48,988 nt of DNA from positions 1-48,988 of IMG/VR virus record IMGVR_UViG_3300037780_000193; one strand, given 5' to 3'. Every line of letters starts with the position of its first letter. Positions within the stretch are counted from its first letter, which is position 1. Both the position numbers and the translations under genes were made by a program. The notes beneath the pieces are model-generated. The model did no database searches and was not told the origin of the DNA. It was given only the letters and a program-made list of their open reading frames with translations. Below are positions 34,052-43,707 of the stretch, in pieces. Source of the DNA: a virus (Duplodnaviria > Caudoviricetes).

Positions 34052-34417
34052 ATGCCTAATCAATTGGGCGGTGTATTACACATCATCGCCGGCGGACAAA
34101 CGCTGAGCGTGCGGGGAACCGTGACCGTGCGCCTCGGCCTCGAAGAACGCGAGACGGTGGTCGGCCAGAGCGGCGTGCATGGCTACACCGCGACGCCGAC
34201 GGCGCCCGGCCTTGATGTCGAGGTTTCCGTGCCGCCCGGTTTCGATCTCGTGGCGTTGCACGAGGTCGACAATATGACGATCCAGGCGGATCTGCGCGAC
34301 GGTCGGAGTTACATCGCGCGGGACGCCTGGTACAAGGCGGCCAGCGGCGGCGAGTTCGACGCGATCACGGCCGGCATGACGCTGAATTTCGACTGCAAAT
34401 CGATTGGGCTTGTCTGA
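34052..34417 (+). CDS. Tail tube protein, Mu gpM-like
   Basis: RETVVG..GVHGY; follows the sheath gene. Confidence 0.85.
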   Translation: MPNQLGGVLHIIAGGQTLSVRGTVTVRLGLEERETVVGQSGVHGYTATPTAPGLDVEVSVPPGFDLVALHEVDNMTIQADLRDGRSYIARDAWYKAASGGEFDAITAGMTLNFDCKSIGLV

Positions 34418-34734
34418 TGAGCGCCCCCAACGACGCCGCCACCGCCGCGCCGCAGCCGTTCCCGTTTCCCGTCCCGGTCACGATCGGTCGCGGCGAAGGG
34501 GCTCAGACGGTCGAGGCGCTTACCTTCCGCGCCCCGAAAGGGCGCGAGCTCCGAAAGGTCGGGTCGCTGTTCAGCGTCTCGCCGTCGGGGGACGTCAGCC
34601 CGAATATCGACGCCTGCTTGCGGCTCGCGGCGGATCTGGGCGGCGTACCGCCCGCCGTTATCGATGAACTTGATGCGCGCGCCGCGAACCGTCTCGCCTG
34701 GCACATCGCGGGTTTTTTCGGCGAGCAGGCTTAG
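34417..34734 (+). CDS. Tail assembly chaperone
   Basis: LTFRAPKGREL, IDELDA, GFF end; between tube and tape measure. Confidence 0.8.
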   Translation: MSAPNDAATAAPQPFPFPVPVTIGRGEGAQTVEALTFRAPKGRELRKVGSLFSVSPSGDVSPNIDACLRLAADLGGVPPAVIDELDARAANRLAWHIAGFFGEQA

Positions 34735-34898
34735 ACCCCGACGATCCCGGGGCCTTGGAACGCCTGGTCGAGCGTTATTTCGCGGCCGCGTATTTCTGGC
34801 GTCTCGATCCGACCGTCGTGTTGGGAAAGACCATCGCGGAATTGGAAGAACTTGAGGCCGGCATGGGTGTGGTGAACGCGCTCCTGAAACGGAAATGA
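34710..34898 (+). other. Programmed -1 frameshift site and extension of the chaperone
   Basis: G GGT TTT slippery heptamer at 34710-34716; the -1 frame is open to TGA 34896-34898 (FRRAGLD...AAYFWRLDPTVVL...KRK). Confidence 0.75.
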
Positions 34899-34910
34899 TC
34901 GGGTCGTGCC

Positions 34911-36659
34911 ATGGCTGCCGGTAAACAGAAGGACGTCGTTTTTCGGTTCGCCGGAATTGACGGGGTAAGCAAGATCGCGCGTGGGATCGGCCGCAATCTG
35001 TCCCGCAACCTCGGGCCGGGGCTGAGCCAACTGCGCAATGCAACCCGCGACTTGGGCCGTAATCTGCGCGGTATCGCCGGGCCGCTCGGCTTCATTTCCG
35101 GCGCGGGCGTTGTCGCGGGTCTCGGAAAGTCCCTGACGACCTTCGCGAATGTCGGGGACGAGGCGGCAAAGATGAGCCGCGCCCTGAACATGACCGCCGG
35201 CGCTTATCGGGAATTGGGTTTCTGGGCCGAACGGTCCGGCCTCTCGACCGAGCAATGGGGTGCGGCGCAGCGCGCGCTGGCGTCCCGTCTGGCGCAGGCG
35301 GCCGGCGGCGATAACGAGAAAGTCGCCAGCCTGTTGCGGACGTTGAACATCGAACTGCGCGACGCGGCGGGGAATGCGCGCCAGACCGACGCCGTTCTAG
35401 GCGACCTGGCCGCAGCCTTTGAGGCGAACACCGATCCAATTGCCCGGCAGCGGATGGCGATCGCGCTATTCGGCGAAGAGGCGGGCGTTCGCATGGTTGA
35501 CGCGATGAGCCAAGGCCGGGACGCTATGGCGGCATTGCGTGGCGAGGCGCGGCGCCTCGGGCTCAGCATGTCCCAGGAGAACGCTTCGGCGGCGGAGAAG
35601 TTGACGGACCAATGGACCGACCTGTCCCGCGCGGGCGAGGGGTTGTTCCTGACAATCGGCGCGCGCCTGGCACCGATCATCGGTCCGCTGATCGAGCAGT
35701 TGACGAACTGGATCGCGGCGAACCGGGAATTAATCTCGTCTGGGATCGGGGATTTTGTGAAAGACATTTCTGCCGCGCTTTTCCCTGCCGCACTTCACGC
35801 AAACGAGTTTGCGGGTGCAATGGGGGATGCCGGCGAAGTGGCGTCTTTAGGCGGTTTCGCGGCCTTCGTGGGGAACGTCCGAGATATCTCAGTGGCGGTT
35901 GGTGGCGTCGTCGACATGATAGGTGGGTGGGAAAACGCCGCGATCGGTATCGCGGCCGTCCTGAACGGTCCGTTGATCGCGTCGCTGTTGAATGTCGGCA
36001 TGGCCCTGTCCCGGGTCTTTCTGATGAATCCAATCGGTGCGGCCATCGCGGCGATCGCGTTCGGTGCCGTTCTGATTTACCGGAATTGGGAAGGCGTTAC
36101 GGCATGGTTTGAACGTCAATGGGGGAACATCAAAGATATCGTCATGGGGGCGGTCGATGTGATCGCGGGCATTCTGACGCTTGATCTTGGCCGCGCGTTT
36201 GGCGGTGCGAAGCGATGGGCTGCCGGGTTCACGGATTTGATTGACGGTGTACTCGACGGGATGATCGGTCAGGTCGAAGCGGTGTTGGGTCTGTTTGACG
36301 ACCTCTTTGGTACCGATGTGGTTGCCAAGCTCCGGGGTTTCACCAAAAGCATAAGCGACTTCGCGTCGAATCTCATTCCTGATTGGTTTTCTGATGACGA
36401 AACCGCAGATGCGAATGCCGATCGCGAGCAGGGTCGGCCTGGGCCGCTTGGTATCGGTCGAGGGCCCGGGACGGCGACGGACCATCTGCGCGACGCCGCC
36501 GCGGCCGGGACGGTCGGCTCTCTAGCGGTTGCCGCGCCGGTTACCGTTGACGTTCACATCGCCGGCAAGGTCGATTCCCTGGCGACGGAAGTCGACAACG
36601 GGTCGACAAAAACGCGCGATTACAACATGGACGGCGCCCTGGCGCTTGCGGGTGGGTGA
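34911..36659 (+). CDS. Tail tape measure protein
   Basis: Long Ala-rich helical protein with NPIG and LIYRNWE.V..WF motifs. Confidence 0.9.
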   Translation: MAAGKQKDVVFRFAGIDGVSKIARGIGRNLSRNLGPGLSQLRNATRDLGRNLRGIAGPLGFISGAGVVAGLGKSLTTFANVGDEAAKMSRALNMTAGAYRELGFWAERSGLSTEQWGAAQRALASRLAQAAGGDNEKVASLLRTLNIELRDAAGNARQTDAVLGDLAAAFEANTDPIARQRMAIALFGEEAGVRMVDAMSQGRDAMAALRGEARRLGLSMSQENASAAEKLTDQWTDLSRAGEGLFLTIGARLAPIIGPLIEQLTNWIAANRELISSGIGDFVKDISAALFPAALHANEFAGAMGDAGEVASLGGFAAFVGNVRDISVAVGGVVDMIGGWENAAIGIAAVLNGPLIASLLNVGMALSRVFLMNPIGAAIAAIAFGAVLIYRNWEGVTAWFERQWGNIKDIVMGAVDVIAGILTLDLGRAFGGAKRWAAGFTDLIDGVLDGMIGQVEAVLGLFDDLFGTDVVAKLRGFTKSISDFASNLIPDWFSDDETADANADREQGRPGPLGIGRGPGTATDHLRDAAAAGTVGSLAVAAPVTVDVHIAGKVDSLATEVDNGSTKTRDYNMDGALALAGG

Positions 36660-37288
36660 GAATGACTGATCCCTTCGGAGTGACCGTCAAGATCGATGCG
36701 CGCCTCGCCCAAGAGCGTTTGGGTTGGTTCGGACAGAAACAAGTGAATACGGTGCTGGCACAGGCAGCCAATAAGGCGGCTCAAGGCATGCGTTCTGCCG
36801 CCGCAAAGCTAATCCGAGAACGGGTTGGTATGTTGACAAACAAGGCGGACGTCATTCCTCGTTTCCGTCTCGACAGAGCCGATCCGCAGTATCCCGTGTC
36901 CGAAATCAGTATTGGCCGGCGGGAGATTGGTCTCATTCGGTATGTCAGAAATCAGCGGCCACCGAAAAGAAAGCCGAAAATAGGTGTCGACGCAAAGGTG
37001 TTCAATGTGAAGACGATCCATCCGGGCACGTTCTTTGTCGAGGTCGCGCCGGGGCGGTGGCAGGTGTTCAAGCGCCGGGGTCGTGGACGAACGCCAATCG
37101 AGCGGATGTACGGTCCGACCGTTGCTGGCGTCGCGCGCATTCCGGCGGTTTACGCCGAGCTTGAACGCATCGCTTCCGGTCTTCTCGACAAGCATCTGGA
37201 TGATGCGATCAATCGCCGCCTGAGAGTGTTGACCGGTCGCGCCAAACTGGCGGCGGCAGCGCAGGCGAAGTTCGACCGCGCGGGATAG
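36656..37288 (+). CDS. Lambda gpZ-like minor tail/neck protein
   Basis: A.NKAA..., basic, VFKRRG..R.PIE..YGPTV. Confidence 0.65.
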   Translation: MRMTDPFGVTVKIDARLAQERLGWFGQKQVNTVLAQAANKAAQGMRSAAAKLIRERVGMLTNKADVIPRFRLDRADPQYPVSEISIGRREIGLIRYVRNQRPPKRKPKIGVDAKVFNVKTIHPGTFFVEVAPGRWQVFKRRGRGRTPIERMYGPTVAGVARIPAVYAELERIASGLLDKHLDDAINRRLRVLTGRAKLAAAAQAKFDRAG

Positions 37289-37294
37289 AGTGTC

Positions 37295-38440
37295 ATGTCT
37301 TACCGGGACCGATTGCGCGCTGCATCGTTTCGCGGCGTACCGTTTCATGTGCAAAGCGACGATGTGTCCGGCGGCCGGGCGGTCGTGTCTCACGCCTATC
37401 CGGGGCGCGGCAGTTACCCGGAGGATCTCGGCACGCAGCCGCGGGTCATGGAGTTCGCGGCTTATGTCATCGGCGCGGATTACGATATCGACCGCGATCG
37501 CCTAATTGCGGCCCTGGAAATGCCGGGACCGGGCGAACTGGTCCATCCGCGCCATGGGTCGATGATGGCCCAGGCCGACGGGTTCACGGTGTCGGAGGCG
37601 GCAGGCCGGCAACGGCTGGCGTCGTTTCGCCTGCGGTTCGAACGTGCCGACCTGGCGCCGTCGCCGGTTTCGATCGTCGACACGCAGGCGCAGGTCAACA
37701 GGGCTGCGGATTTCGCGGATCTGGAAACCTTGGCCGGGTACGAGGCGGCATTCGATATCGCGGGATTGCCGGATTGGGCGGTCGCGCTGTCGGGCGCGCC
37801 CCTGTCCTCAGCGGCCGATCTGCTGATGGCGGGCGCGGTCGACCTGACCGCGTCGATGGGAGGTTTTGTCGATCCTGATACGGCGGCCCGCGCGGCTGGA
37901 ATTGGTACCGCCTTCGCCGATGCCGTCGCCACGGTGCGCGCGGTGTTGGATCTAACGGCCTTTGCCGATTTTGCGGAGGGCTTGACGGCGTTCGCGCCGG
38001 CCGCTGCCGGATTGGCAACGCCGACGCGGTTGCGTGCCGCCGGTAATGCGACCTTGGCGGCCGGGCTGGTCCGGCGCCTGGCATTGACCGGTTGGGCTCG
38101 CACCGCCGCCGCGGCGGAATTCGGAAACGCCGACGCGGCGCTCGGCATGCGCGCCCGATTGGGCGAGGCTCTGCGCGTTGAGGCGCTGACGGCGGCGGAC
38201 GGTTCGGAAGATCGGGCTGCAACGGCGCTGTTCGATCTGCGCGGCCGGGTGGTCGCGGATCTGACCGACCGCGCGGCCAAGTTGGAGCGCCTGGTCCCGT
38301 TCGAATTGCCGTCGGGCCCGGTCCTGGAAATCGCCCAACGGCTCTATGGTGACGGCGCGCGGGCCGAGGAGCTGATCCTCGCCGCGCCGGCGCCGCATCC
38401 CTTGTTTCACGCCGGCACCGGGCTCGCGATCGGGCGATGA
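37295..38440 (+). CDS. DNA circularization protein (Mu gpN-like)
   Basis: LRAASFRGVPF.V, H.YPGR....EDLG, LE.PGPGELVHP..G. Confidence 0.92.
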   Translation: MSYRDRLRAASFRGVPFHVQSDDVSGGRAVVSHAYPGRGSYPEDLGTQPRVMEFAAYVIGADYDIDRDRLIAALEMPGPGELVHPRHGSMMAQADGFTVSEAAGRQRLASFRLRFERADLAPSPVSIVDTQAQVNRAADFADLETLAGYEAAFDIAGLPDWAVALSGAPLSSAADLLMAGAVDLTASMGGFVDPDTAARAAGIGTAFADAVATVRAVLDLTAFADFAEGLTAFAPAAAGLATPTRLRAAGNATLAAGLVRRLALTGWARTAAAAEFGNADAALGMRARLGEALRVEALTAADGSEDRAATALFDLRGRVVADLTDRAAKLERLVPFELPSGPVLEIAQRLYGDGARAEELILAAPAPHPLFHAGTGLAIGR

Positions 38441-38467
38441 CGGAAGCCGCCGCCGGAAGGGTCCGCA

Positions 38468-39553
38468 ATGGACGTTGTGCTGGAAGTCGACGGGCTGCGC
38501 CATTTGGGTTGGACGGATGTCTCGGTAACGCGTTCGATCCGGCAGGCCGCGTCGCAATTCTCGCTCAGCGTGACTGAGCGATGGGTCGGGCAAAGCGAAC
38601 GCTGGCAGATACGCCCGGGCCAGGCCTGCACGCTGACGGTTCCCGATCCGGCGCGTCGTGTGGTGACGGGGTATGTGACCGGCTATGCGCCGTCATTCTC
38701 GGGACGGTCGCGCGGCGTCCGGATAACCGGCGCGTCGCGGACGGTCGACCTCGCGGATTGTTCCGCGGTCGTGCCGGGCGGTCAGTTTCGCGGCTACGCG
38801 TTGGATGCGATCGCCCGGGCCTTGTTGCGGCCCTTCGGCGTCGCGCTCGATCTGCGCCTGGCGCCCGGTGCGCCCTTCGCGTCGGTTGCCGTAACACCGG
38901 GGGAAGAAGTCGCGGCGCTGCTGACCCGCCTGTCGGCGGATCGCGGCGCGATCTTCCACGATGACGCCGAGGGCCGCGCGGTGATCGGCCTGCCGGCGTC
39001 CGGCCGATCGACGGGACGGTTGGTCGAAGGGGAAACGGTCCTGGAAGGGTCGGCCAACCTGGATGTTTCGGATCGGTATTCGGAGTATATTTTCAAGGGA
39101 CAGGCCTTTGAGACTGACGGGTTCCACGGCGCGCCGGCCCTCACGGGCCAGGGACGGGCGACAGACCCCGGCGTGACACGCTACCGGCCGCTGATCGTAA
39201 CGCCATCGGGCGACCAGGTCGCCGCGTCCCTGACGACCCGGGCGGCGCACGAGCGCGATCGGCGTCTCGCCGCCGGTGTCACCGCGACGGTGACGGTACA
39301 GGGTTGGGAGGAAACCCCCGGCGGCGCGCTTTGGGACGTCAACCGGATCGTCCCGGTGTGGATACCGTCGATCGGCCTGCAGCGCGACATGCTGATCGAA
39401 ACGGTGACGCTGACCCGCAGCCGCGGCGCGGGGACCGTGGCGTCGTTGGATCTGATCCTGCCGGAAGCGGTCGACGTGCAGTCGCTGGCAACCGCCGCCG
39501 CCGCGTCAGGGGCGAATTCATTCAGTTGGGCCGGACTTCAGCCGGTGGAATAG
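38468..39553 (+). CDS. Baseplate hub protein (Mu gp44/gpP-like)
   Basis: GWT.VSVTRSI, G.S.T.DL.DCS, RYRPLIV, V.GW. Confidence 0.9.
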   Translation: MDVVLEVDGLRHLGWTDVSVTRSIRQAASQFSLSVTERWVGQSERWQIRPGQACTLTVPDPARRVVTGYVTGYAPSFSGRSRGVRITGASRTVDLADCSAVVPGGQFRGYALDAIARALLRPFGVALDLRLAPGAPFASVAVTPGEEVAALLTRLSADRGAIFHDDAEGRAVIGLPASGRSTGRLVEGETVLEGSANLDVSDRYSEYIFKGQAFETDGFHGAPALTGQGRATDPGVTRYRPLIVTPSGDQVAASLTTRAAHERDRRLAAGVTATVTVQGWEETPGGALWDVNRIVPVWIPSIGLQRDMLIETVTLTRSRGAGTVASLDLILPEAVDVQSLATAAAASGANSFSWAGLQPVE

Positions 39554-39561
39554 GGGCCTCG

Positions 39562-40149
39562 ATGCGGGCGTTACAGGCAATCGCCCGGCGAGTTGCGGGC
39601 TTGATCGTACGCGGTGCATTGAAAGCCGTGGTCGACGATGGCGGCTTACAGCGCCTGGTCGTTTCGGTTCTGGCGGATGAGGTTCTGACCGTGCCTCGGT
39701 ACCAGAATTACGGTTTCACCGCCCATCCGCTGCCGGGCGCGACGGTGGTTCTGTTGTCCGCGAACGGCGTTCGCGACGGGGTCATCGCCGTCGTGGTGGA
39801 AGATCAGCGCGTTCGCCCGCCCGCATCGGCGCCAGGTGACGTTGCACAGTATGATTTCGAGGGCCAGGTCGTGCGCCTGACCCGGAACGGTGTCGAGATC
39901 GAGGGTAAAAACGTCCTGGTCAAGACGCCTGGGGTCTTTCGTGTCGACGCCGGCGAGATCGAACTGCGCGCGGAAACGTCGATGCAGACAGAGGTCTATG
40001 GTTATGGCGAGCGGGTCAAATGGACCGGCGCCAAAAACTACACCCGTGACACGTTCGGCACGGATGCGATTGTCGGCGGCGCGGCCTATCCCGTCTCGCA
40101 GCCGGCACTCGATAGCGAACATCCCGCGGCCGGCGGGGAGGGCGCATGA
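39562..40149 (+). CDS. Baseplate spike (Mu gp45-like)
   Basis: R.QNYGFTAHPLPGA, D.R.RP...GDV..YD. Confidence 0.88.
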   Translation: MRALQAIARRVAGLIVRGALKAVVDDGGLQRLVVSVLADEVLTVPRYQNYGFTAHPLPGATVVLLSANGVRDGVIAVVVEDQRVRPPASAPGDVAQYDFEGQVVRLTRNGVEIEGKNVLVKTPGVFRVDAGEIELRAETSMQTEVYGYGERVKWTGAKNYTRDTFGTDAIVGGAAYPVSQPALDSEHPAAGGEGA

Positions 40150-40727
40150 TGGCGGATGTCCGGCATGAATTTGACGGTACCAAGCTTGTAGCCGGTTGGG
40201 CGTTCGGCAACGGCGGTCTCGCGCAGGATAACGGTTTGGGTACCTCCGTCATCCACTCTCTATTCACCGACCGGATTGCGGAACCTTCCGATGAAATTCC
40301 CGATGGGAGCACGGACCGTCGGGGGCATTGGGCGGATGGGATCTCCGGATGGAAAAAGGGCTCGCGGCTCTGGCTTCTGTCACGCGAAAAGGCGACGTCC
40401 GGCGCTCTGCCCCGCGCGGAAGGGTATGCGCGCGAGGCCTTGGCCTGGATGCTGGAGGATGCGGTTGCCGACCGGATCGACGTCGAGGCGAGTTTGGAGC
40501 CGGGCGGTGCCGCGCCAATTCGCGACCGCCTGGTGCTGGTTGTGACGATTTGGAAATCCGGCGTCGCGGTCTTTGTTGGCCGTTATGGCGTGATTTGGCG
40601 GGATCTCGCCGGCGCTATCGGCGTGCGCGCGGCCGATAGTCCGGCGATACCGACCCTGGACGTTCTTGCGACCGAGGCCGGCGCCGCAATCCGGACCGAG
40701 ACGGGCCAACTTATCGAGGTGTTGTGA
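40146..40727 (+). CDS. Baseplate protein Mu gp46-like with C-terminal extension
   Basis: SLFTDR.A, RGHW.D, GSRLWLL.REK, YAREAL.W..ED. Confidence 0.88.
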   Translation: MMADVRHEFDGTKLVAGWAFGNGGLAQDNGLGTSVIHSLFTDRIAEPSDEIPDGSTDRRGHWADGISGWKKGSRLWLLSREKATSGALPRAEGYAREALAWMLEDAVADRIDVEASLEPGGAAPIRDRLVLVVTIWKSGVAVFVGRYGVIWRDLAGAIGVRAADSPAIPTLDVLATEAGAAIRTETGQLIEVL

Positions 40728-40728
40728 C

Positions 40729-41676
40729 ATGTCGTCGATCCCGGAATTGCCCGCCGCAGAGGCATTGCTGACGCCTGCCTATTTTGTCGTCCACCAGAAC
40801 GGTTCGACCCGAAAGATATCTGCCAGCGACTTCCTGGGCAGTATGGCGGGGCAGGGCGCGGACAATGTCGTCATTACCGGCGGGACCGGCGTATTCCAAT
40901 CCTTGGCCTCGCAGGGCCAGTTTTCGGTGTTCGGCGCCGCCGGATCATTGGCGAACTGTTTGAAGGCAACCTATGACGCCGCCGCAGGCGTGGCATGGTT
41001 CGGTCCGGACTCATCTGGCGGCAACACGCAGATCCGTTTCGGAACGTCGAATGCCGGAGTCTTTGCGGAGCGCATGCGAATTGCGGCCGACGGCACGTTC
41101 ACGATGAACGGCAACGTCAATATGAATGGCCGCCGACTCGATATCTTTAACATTTCGGACCCCAGCAATCAGGGGCTGCGTCTTGGAGACAACATTTCAG
41201 GCAAGCTATGGAATATCGCGCCGAATACGACGGGCGGCTTGCTCATGCGGTTCTACAACGGGTCGACCTGGCTGACGCGGCTTGCGATCGACGCGGCCGG
41301 CGTCGTGTCGCTGGGCGGCGCCGGCGGCGCGCCCGGACTCAAGGCGACGACGGTCGACCTGGCGGTGAATTTCCCCCATGTCGCCGGCGCACCGACAGGA
41401 TCGGGCGTGCGTTGGCTGGCGGACGGCGCGGACGGGTCCGTGAAATCCGAGGTTTACGCCAAAGGCGCCGCCCCTGTCGAAATCGGAAACACACTTAACG
41501 GGTGGCAGGTCAGCTTCGGGGTGTTCGGCGGCGGCGACCGGGTTCAGTTCATCCGCGCGTGTACCGCCGTTCCGTCAACCGATCCAACCGGCGGCGGGTA
41601 CCTGTTTGTCGACGCGGCCGGCGCTTTGAAATATCGCGGCCCGGCAGGAACAGTCACAGAAATTGCGCCCGCCTGA
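40729..41676 (+). CDS. Fibre/appendage-like virion protein
   Basis: MSSIPELPAA...VVHQNGSTRKIS N-terminus; ERMRI..DG and RLAID..G fibre repeats; G.LKYRG..GTVT C-terminus. Confidence 0.7.
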   Translation: MSSIPELPAAEALLTPAYFVVHQNGSTRKISASDFLGSMAGQGADNVVITGGTGVFQSLASQGQFSVFGAAGSLANCLKATYDAAAGVAWFGPDSSGGNTQIRFGTSNAGVFAERMRIAADGTFTMNGNVNMNGRRLDIFNISDPSNQGLRLGDNISGKLWNIAPNTTGGLLMRFYNGSTWLTRLAIDAAGVVSLGGAGGAPGLKATTVDLAVNFPHVAGAPTGSGVRWLADGADGSVKSEVYAKGAAPVEIGNTLNGWQVSFGVFGGGDRVQFIRACTAVPSTDPTGGGYLFVDAAGALKYRGPAGTVTEIAPA

Positions 41677-41692
41677 TAAAGGGAGAATTGCA

Positions 41693-41962
41693 ATGGGTAT
41701 GCTTAAAACCCGCCCGACCGGAACAGGCGTCGACGCGACGTACTGGATGATCGGAAATATCAATGAGGATTTTTGGTCTGGTGGCGCTCAATTGACCTTG
41801 TACGGGTTCAAGGACGAGCATGCGGCGCAGCAGAAAATGCGGCCGCTCGATGTTCTCAGCGAGACGTTCTTGGGGTCGGATTACGAACCGGATCGTTCGC
41901 GTGCGGATTGGTACGCAATTCTGGTTACCAAGCCCGACTGGAGTGGGGCCGAGATCGTTTAG
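41693..41962 (+). CDS. Small protein, probable fibre chaperone/cap
   Basis: GGAG RBS; T.TGV.ATYW.I...Y..L...P.W.GA; follows the fibre-like gene. Confidence 0.6.
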   Translation: MGMLKTRPTGTGVDATYWMIGNINEDFWSGGAQLTLYGFKDEHAAQQKMRPLDVLSETFLGSDYEPDRSRADWYAILVTKPDWSGAEIV

Positions 41963-42032
41963 GGGCCTGGTTGCCCGGCCGCGCGGTCCGCTTTGCCATC
42001 GCCATTGTTGGCGCAGAACCAGGTCAGAACCC

Positions 42033-43091
42033 ATGCCGTTTCAACGTCCCAAACTATCCGACCTGATGCGCCGGATGCTGGCGGATCTGCGCGCGAGTAT
42101 CGCCGCGCCGATCCTGCGGAATTCGAACCTGGCGGTCATAAGTGATACCGCCGCCGCCCTGGTCGATGGTGTCTATGCGTTTCAGGCATGGGCGGCGCGC
42201 CAGATCCTGCCGGACACGGCGGAAACCGCCTATCTGGATCGGCATTGCCGGATCTGGGGTGTGACGCGGAAACCCGCGACAAATGCCTCGGGCTTTCTGA
42301 CGGTGACCGGTGTCGACGGTGCGCAGGTTGTGGTCGGAACGGAATTCGCCCGGGCGGATGGTGCGCCGGTATCCGCGATCGTATCGGCGGTAATCGCGGG
42401 CGGCACCGCGCAGGTGTCGGTTGTCGCGTCACAGGCCGGGGCGGCGGGCAATGCTGAGACCGGCACAAGTTTCCGCCTGACGGCCGCTGTGTCCGGGATC
42501 GAGGCTGAAGCGCTTGTTTCGGCGCCGGGACTTGCCGGCGGCGCCGACGCGGAGACAGACAGCGCCTTGCGCGGCCGGTTGTTGGCGCGCGTACAGCGTC
42601 CGCCTGCAGGCGGCGCGGCCCATGACTATGTCGCATGGGCGAAGGCGGTCGCGGGCGTCACCCGCGCCTGGACGATCGGAGGGTTGTACGGAGCCGGGAC
42701 CGTTGGCGTTGCCGTGGCGGCGGATGACGCCGAGGACGGCCCTATTCCGTCGGCCGGCCTGGTCGCTTTGGTTCAGGCCGCAATCGACGTGCAGCGTCCG
42801 GTCACCTCCGATGCGACGGCGTTTGCGCCGACGGCCCTGGTCGTGCCGGTCGAGGTAACCGGCCTGTCGCCGGATACGCCGGAAATCCGGGCGGCCGTCG
42901 AGCTGGAACTGCAGGATCTGTTCCGCCGCGACGGCGACCTGGGGGCCGTGCTGCCGATCTCGCGTATCTGGGAGGCGGTTTCGGTTGCCGCCGGCGAGCG
43001 CCGCCACCTAATCACCGCACCCGCCGCCGATATCGAGCCCGATACGGTCGAGTTGCCGGTACTCGGGGCTGTGACCTTCCCGGGAGCGTAA
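42033..43091 (+). CDS. Baseplate J-like protein (Mu gp47)
   Basis: MPF.RP.L, QILPDTA, GGAD.E.D..LR.R, PP.GGA..DY..WA..V.GV.RAW. Confidence 0.93.
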   Translation: MPFQRPKLSDLMRRMLADLRASIAAPILRNSNLAVISDTAAALVDGVYAFQAWAARQILPDTAETAYLDRHCRIWGVTRKPATNASGFLTVTGVDGAQVVVGTEFARADGAPVSAIVSAVIAGGTAQVSVVASQAGAAGNAETGTSFRLTAAVSGIEAEALVSAPGLAGGADAETDSALRGRLLARVQRPPAGGAAHDYVAWAKAVAGVTRAWTIGGLYGAGTVGVAVAADDAEDGPIPSAGLVALVQAAIDVQRPVTSDATAFAPTALVVPVEVTGLSPDTPEIRAAVELELQDLFRRDGDLGAVLPISRIWEAVSVAAGERRHLITAPAADIEPDTVELPVLGAVTFPGA

Positions 43092-43092
43092 G

Positions 43093-43704
43093 ATGACCCT
43101 GGACGAATTGACCGCGGCCTATCACGGCGCCGCGCTGCGTTTGTTGCCGGTCGGTCTGGCTTGGCCCAAAGAGGGCGACGACGGGGCGATCCAACAATTC
43201 TGGCGCGGGATCGTGCGCGAACTCGCGCGTTTTCACCTTCGCGTCTTGGATCTGATCCGCGAAAGCGATCCGTCCGCCGCGTCCGAAATGCTGACGGATT
43301 GGGAAAGGTTTGTCGGTCTGCCCGATCCCTGCATGCCGCAATCGCCGACGATCGAGGAGCGGCGCCAGGCGGTGGTCGCAAGGTTGACGGCTCAGAACGG
43401 CCAAACGCCGGCCTTCTTTGAAGGATTGGCCGCCGCCTTGGGCTACAGCGCGACGGTTGCGGAGCGCCGGCCGTTCACCTGTGGCGTCTCGGAATGCGGC
43501 GGCGCGCATGAAATCGCGGCCGAAACGATCCGGTTCAACTGGTTCCTGCACGTCGCCGGGCCCCGGGTCGTTCATTTCCATTGCGGGGAAGGCGAATGCG
43601 GCGTTACGGCGCTGACCGACTACCGCCAGGCCGAGGATCTCAACTGCCTCGTCCAAAGATTGAAGCCGGCGCATACCGACGCCGACCTTATTTACGAGGG
43701 TTAG
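43093..43704 (+). CDS. Baseplate/tail protein YmfQ/DUF2313 (Mu gp48)
   Basis: LLP.G.AWP, ESDP, L.DWER..GLPD.C, LKPAHT. Confidence 0.92.
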   Translation: MTLDELTAAYHGAALRLLPVGLAWPKEGDDGAIQQFWRGIVRELARFHLRVLDLIRESDPSAASEMLTDWERFVGLPDPCMPQSPTIEERRQAVVARLTAQNGQTPAFFEGLAAALGYSATVAERRPFTCGVSECGGAHEIAAETIRFNWFLHVAGPRVVHFHCGEGECGVTALTDYRQAEDLNCLVQRLKPAHTDADLIYEG

Positions 43705-43707
43705 ACC

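Noticed and set aside
42016-42030. GAAC-N7-GAAC alphaproteobacterial LexA-box match before the baseplate J gene
   Set aside because: An 8-base pattern is expected about once by chance in 49 kb, and it lies mid late operon with no clear promoter
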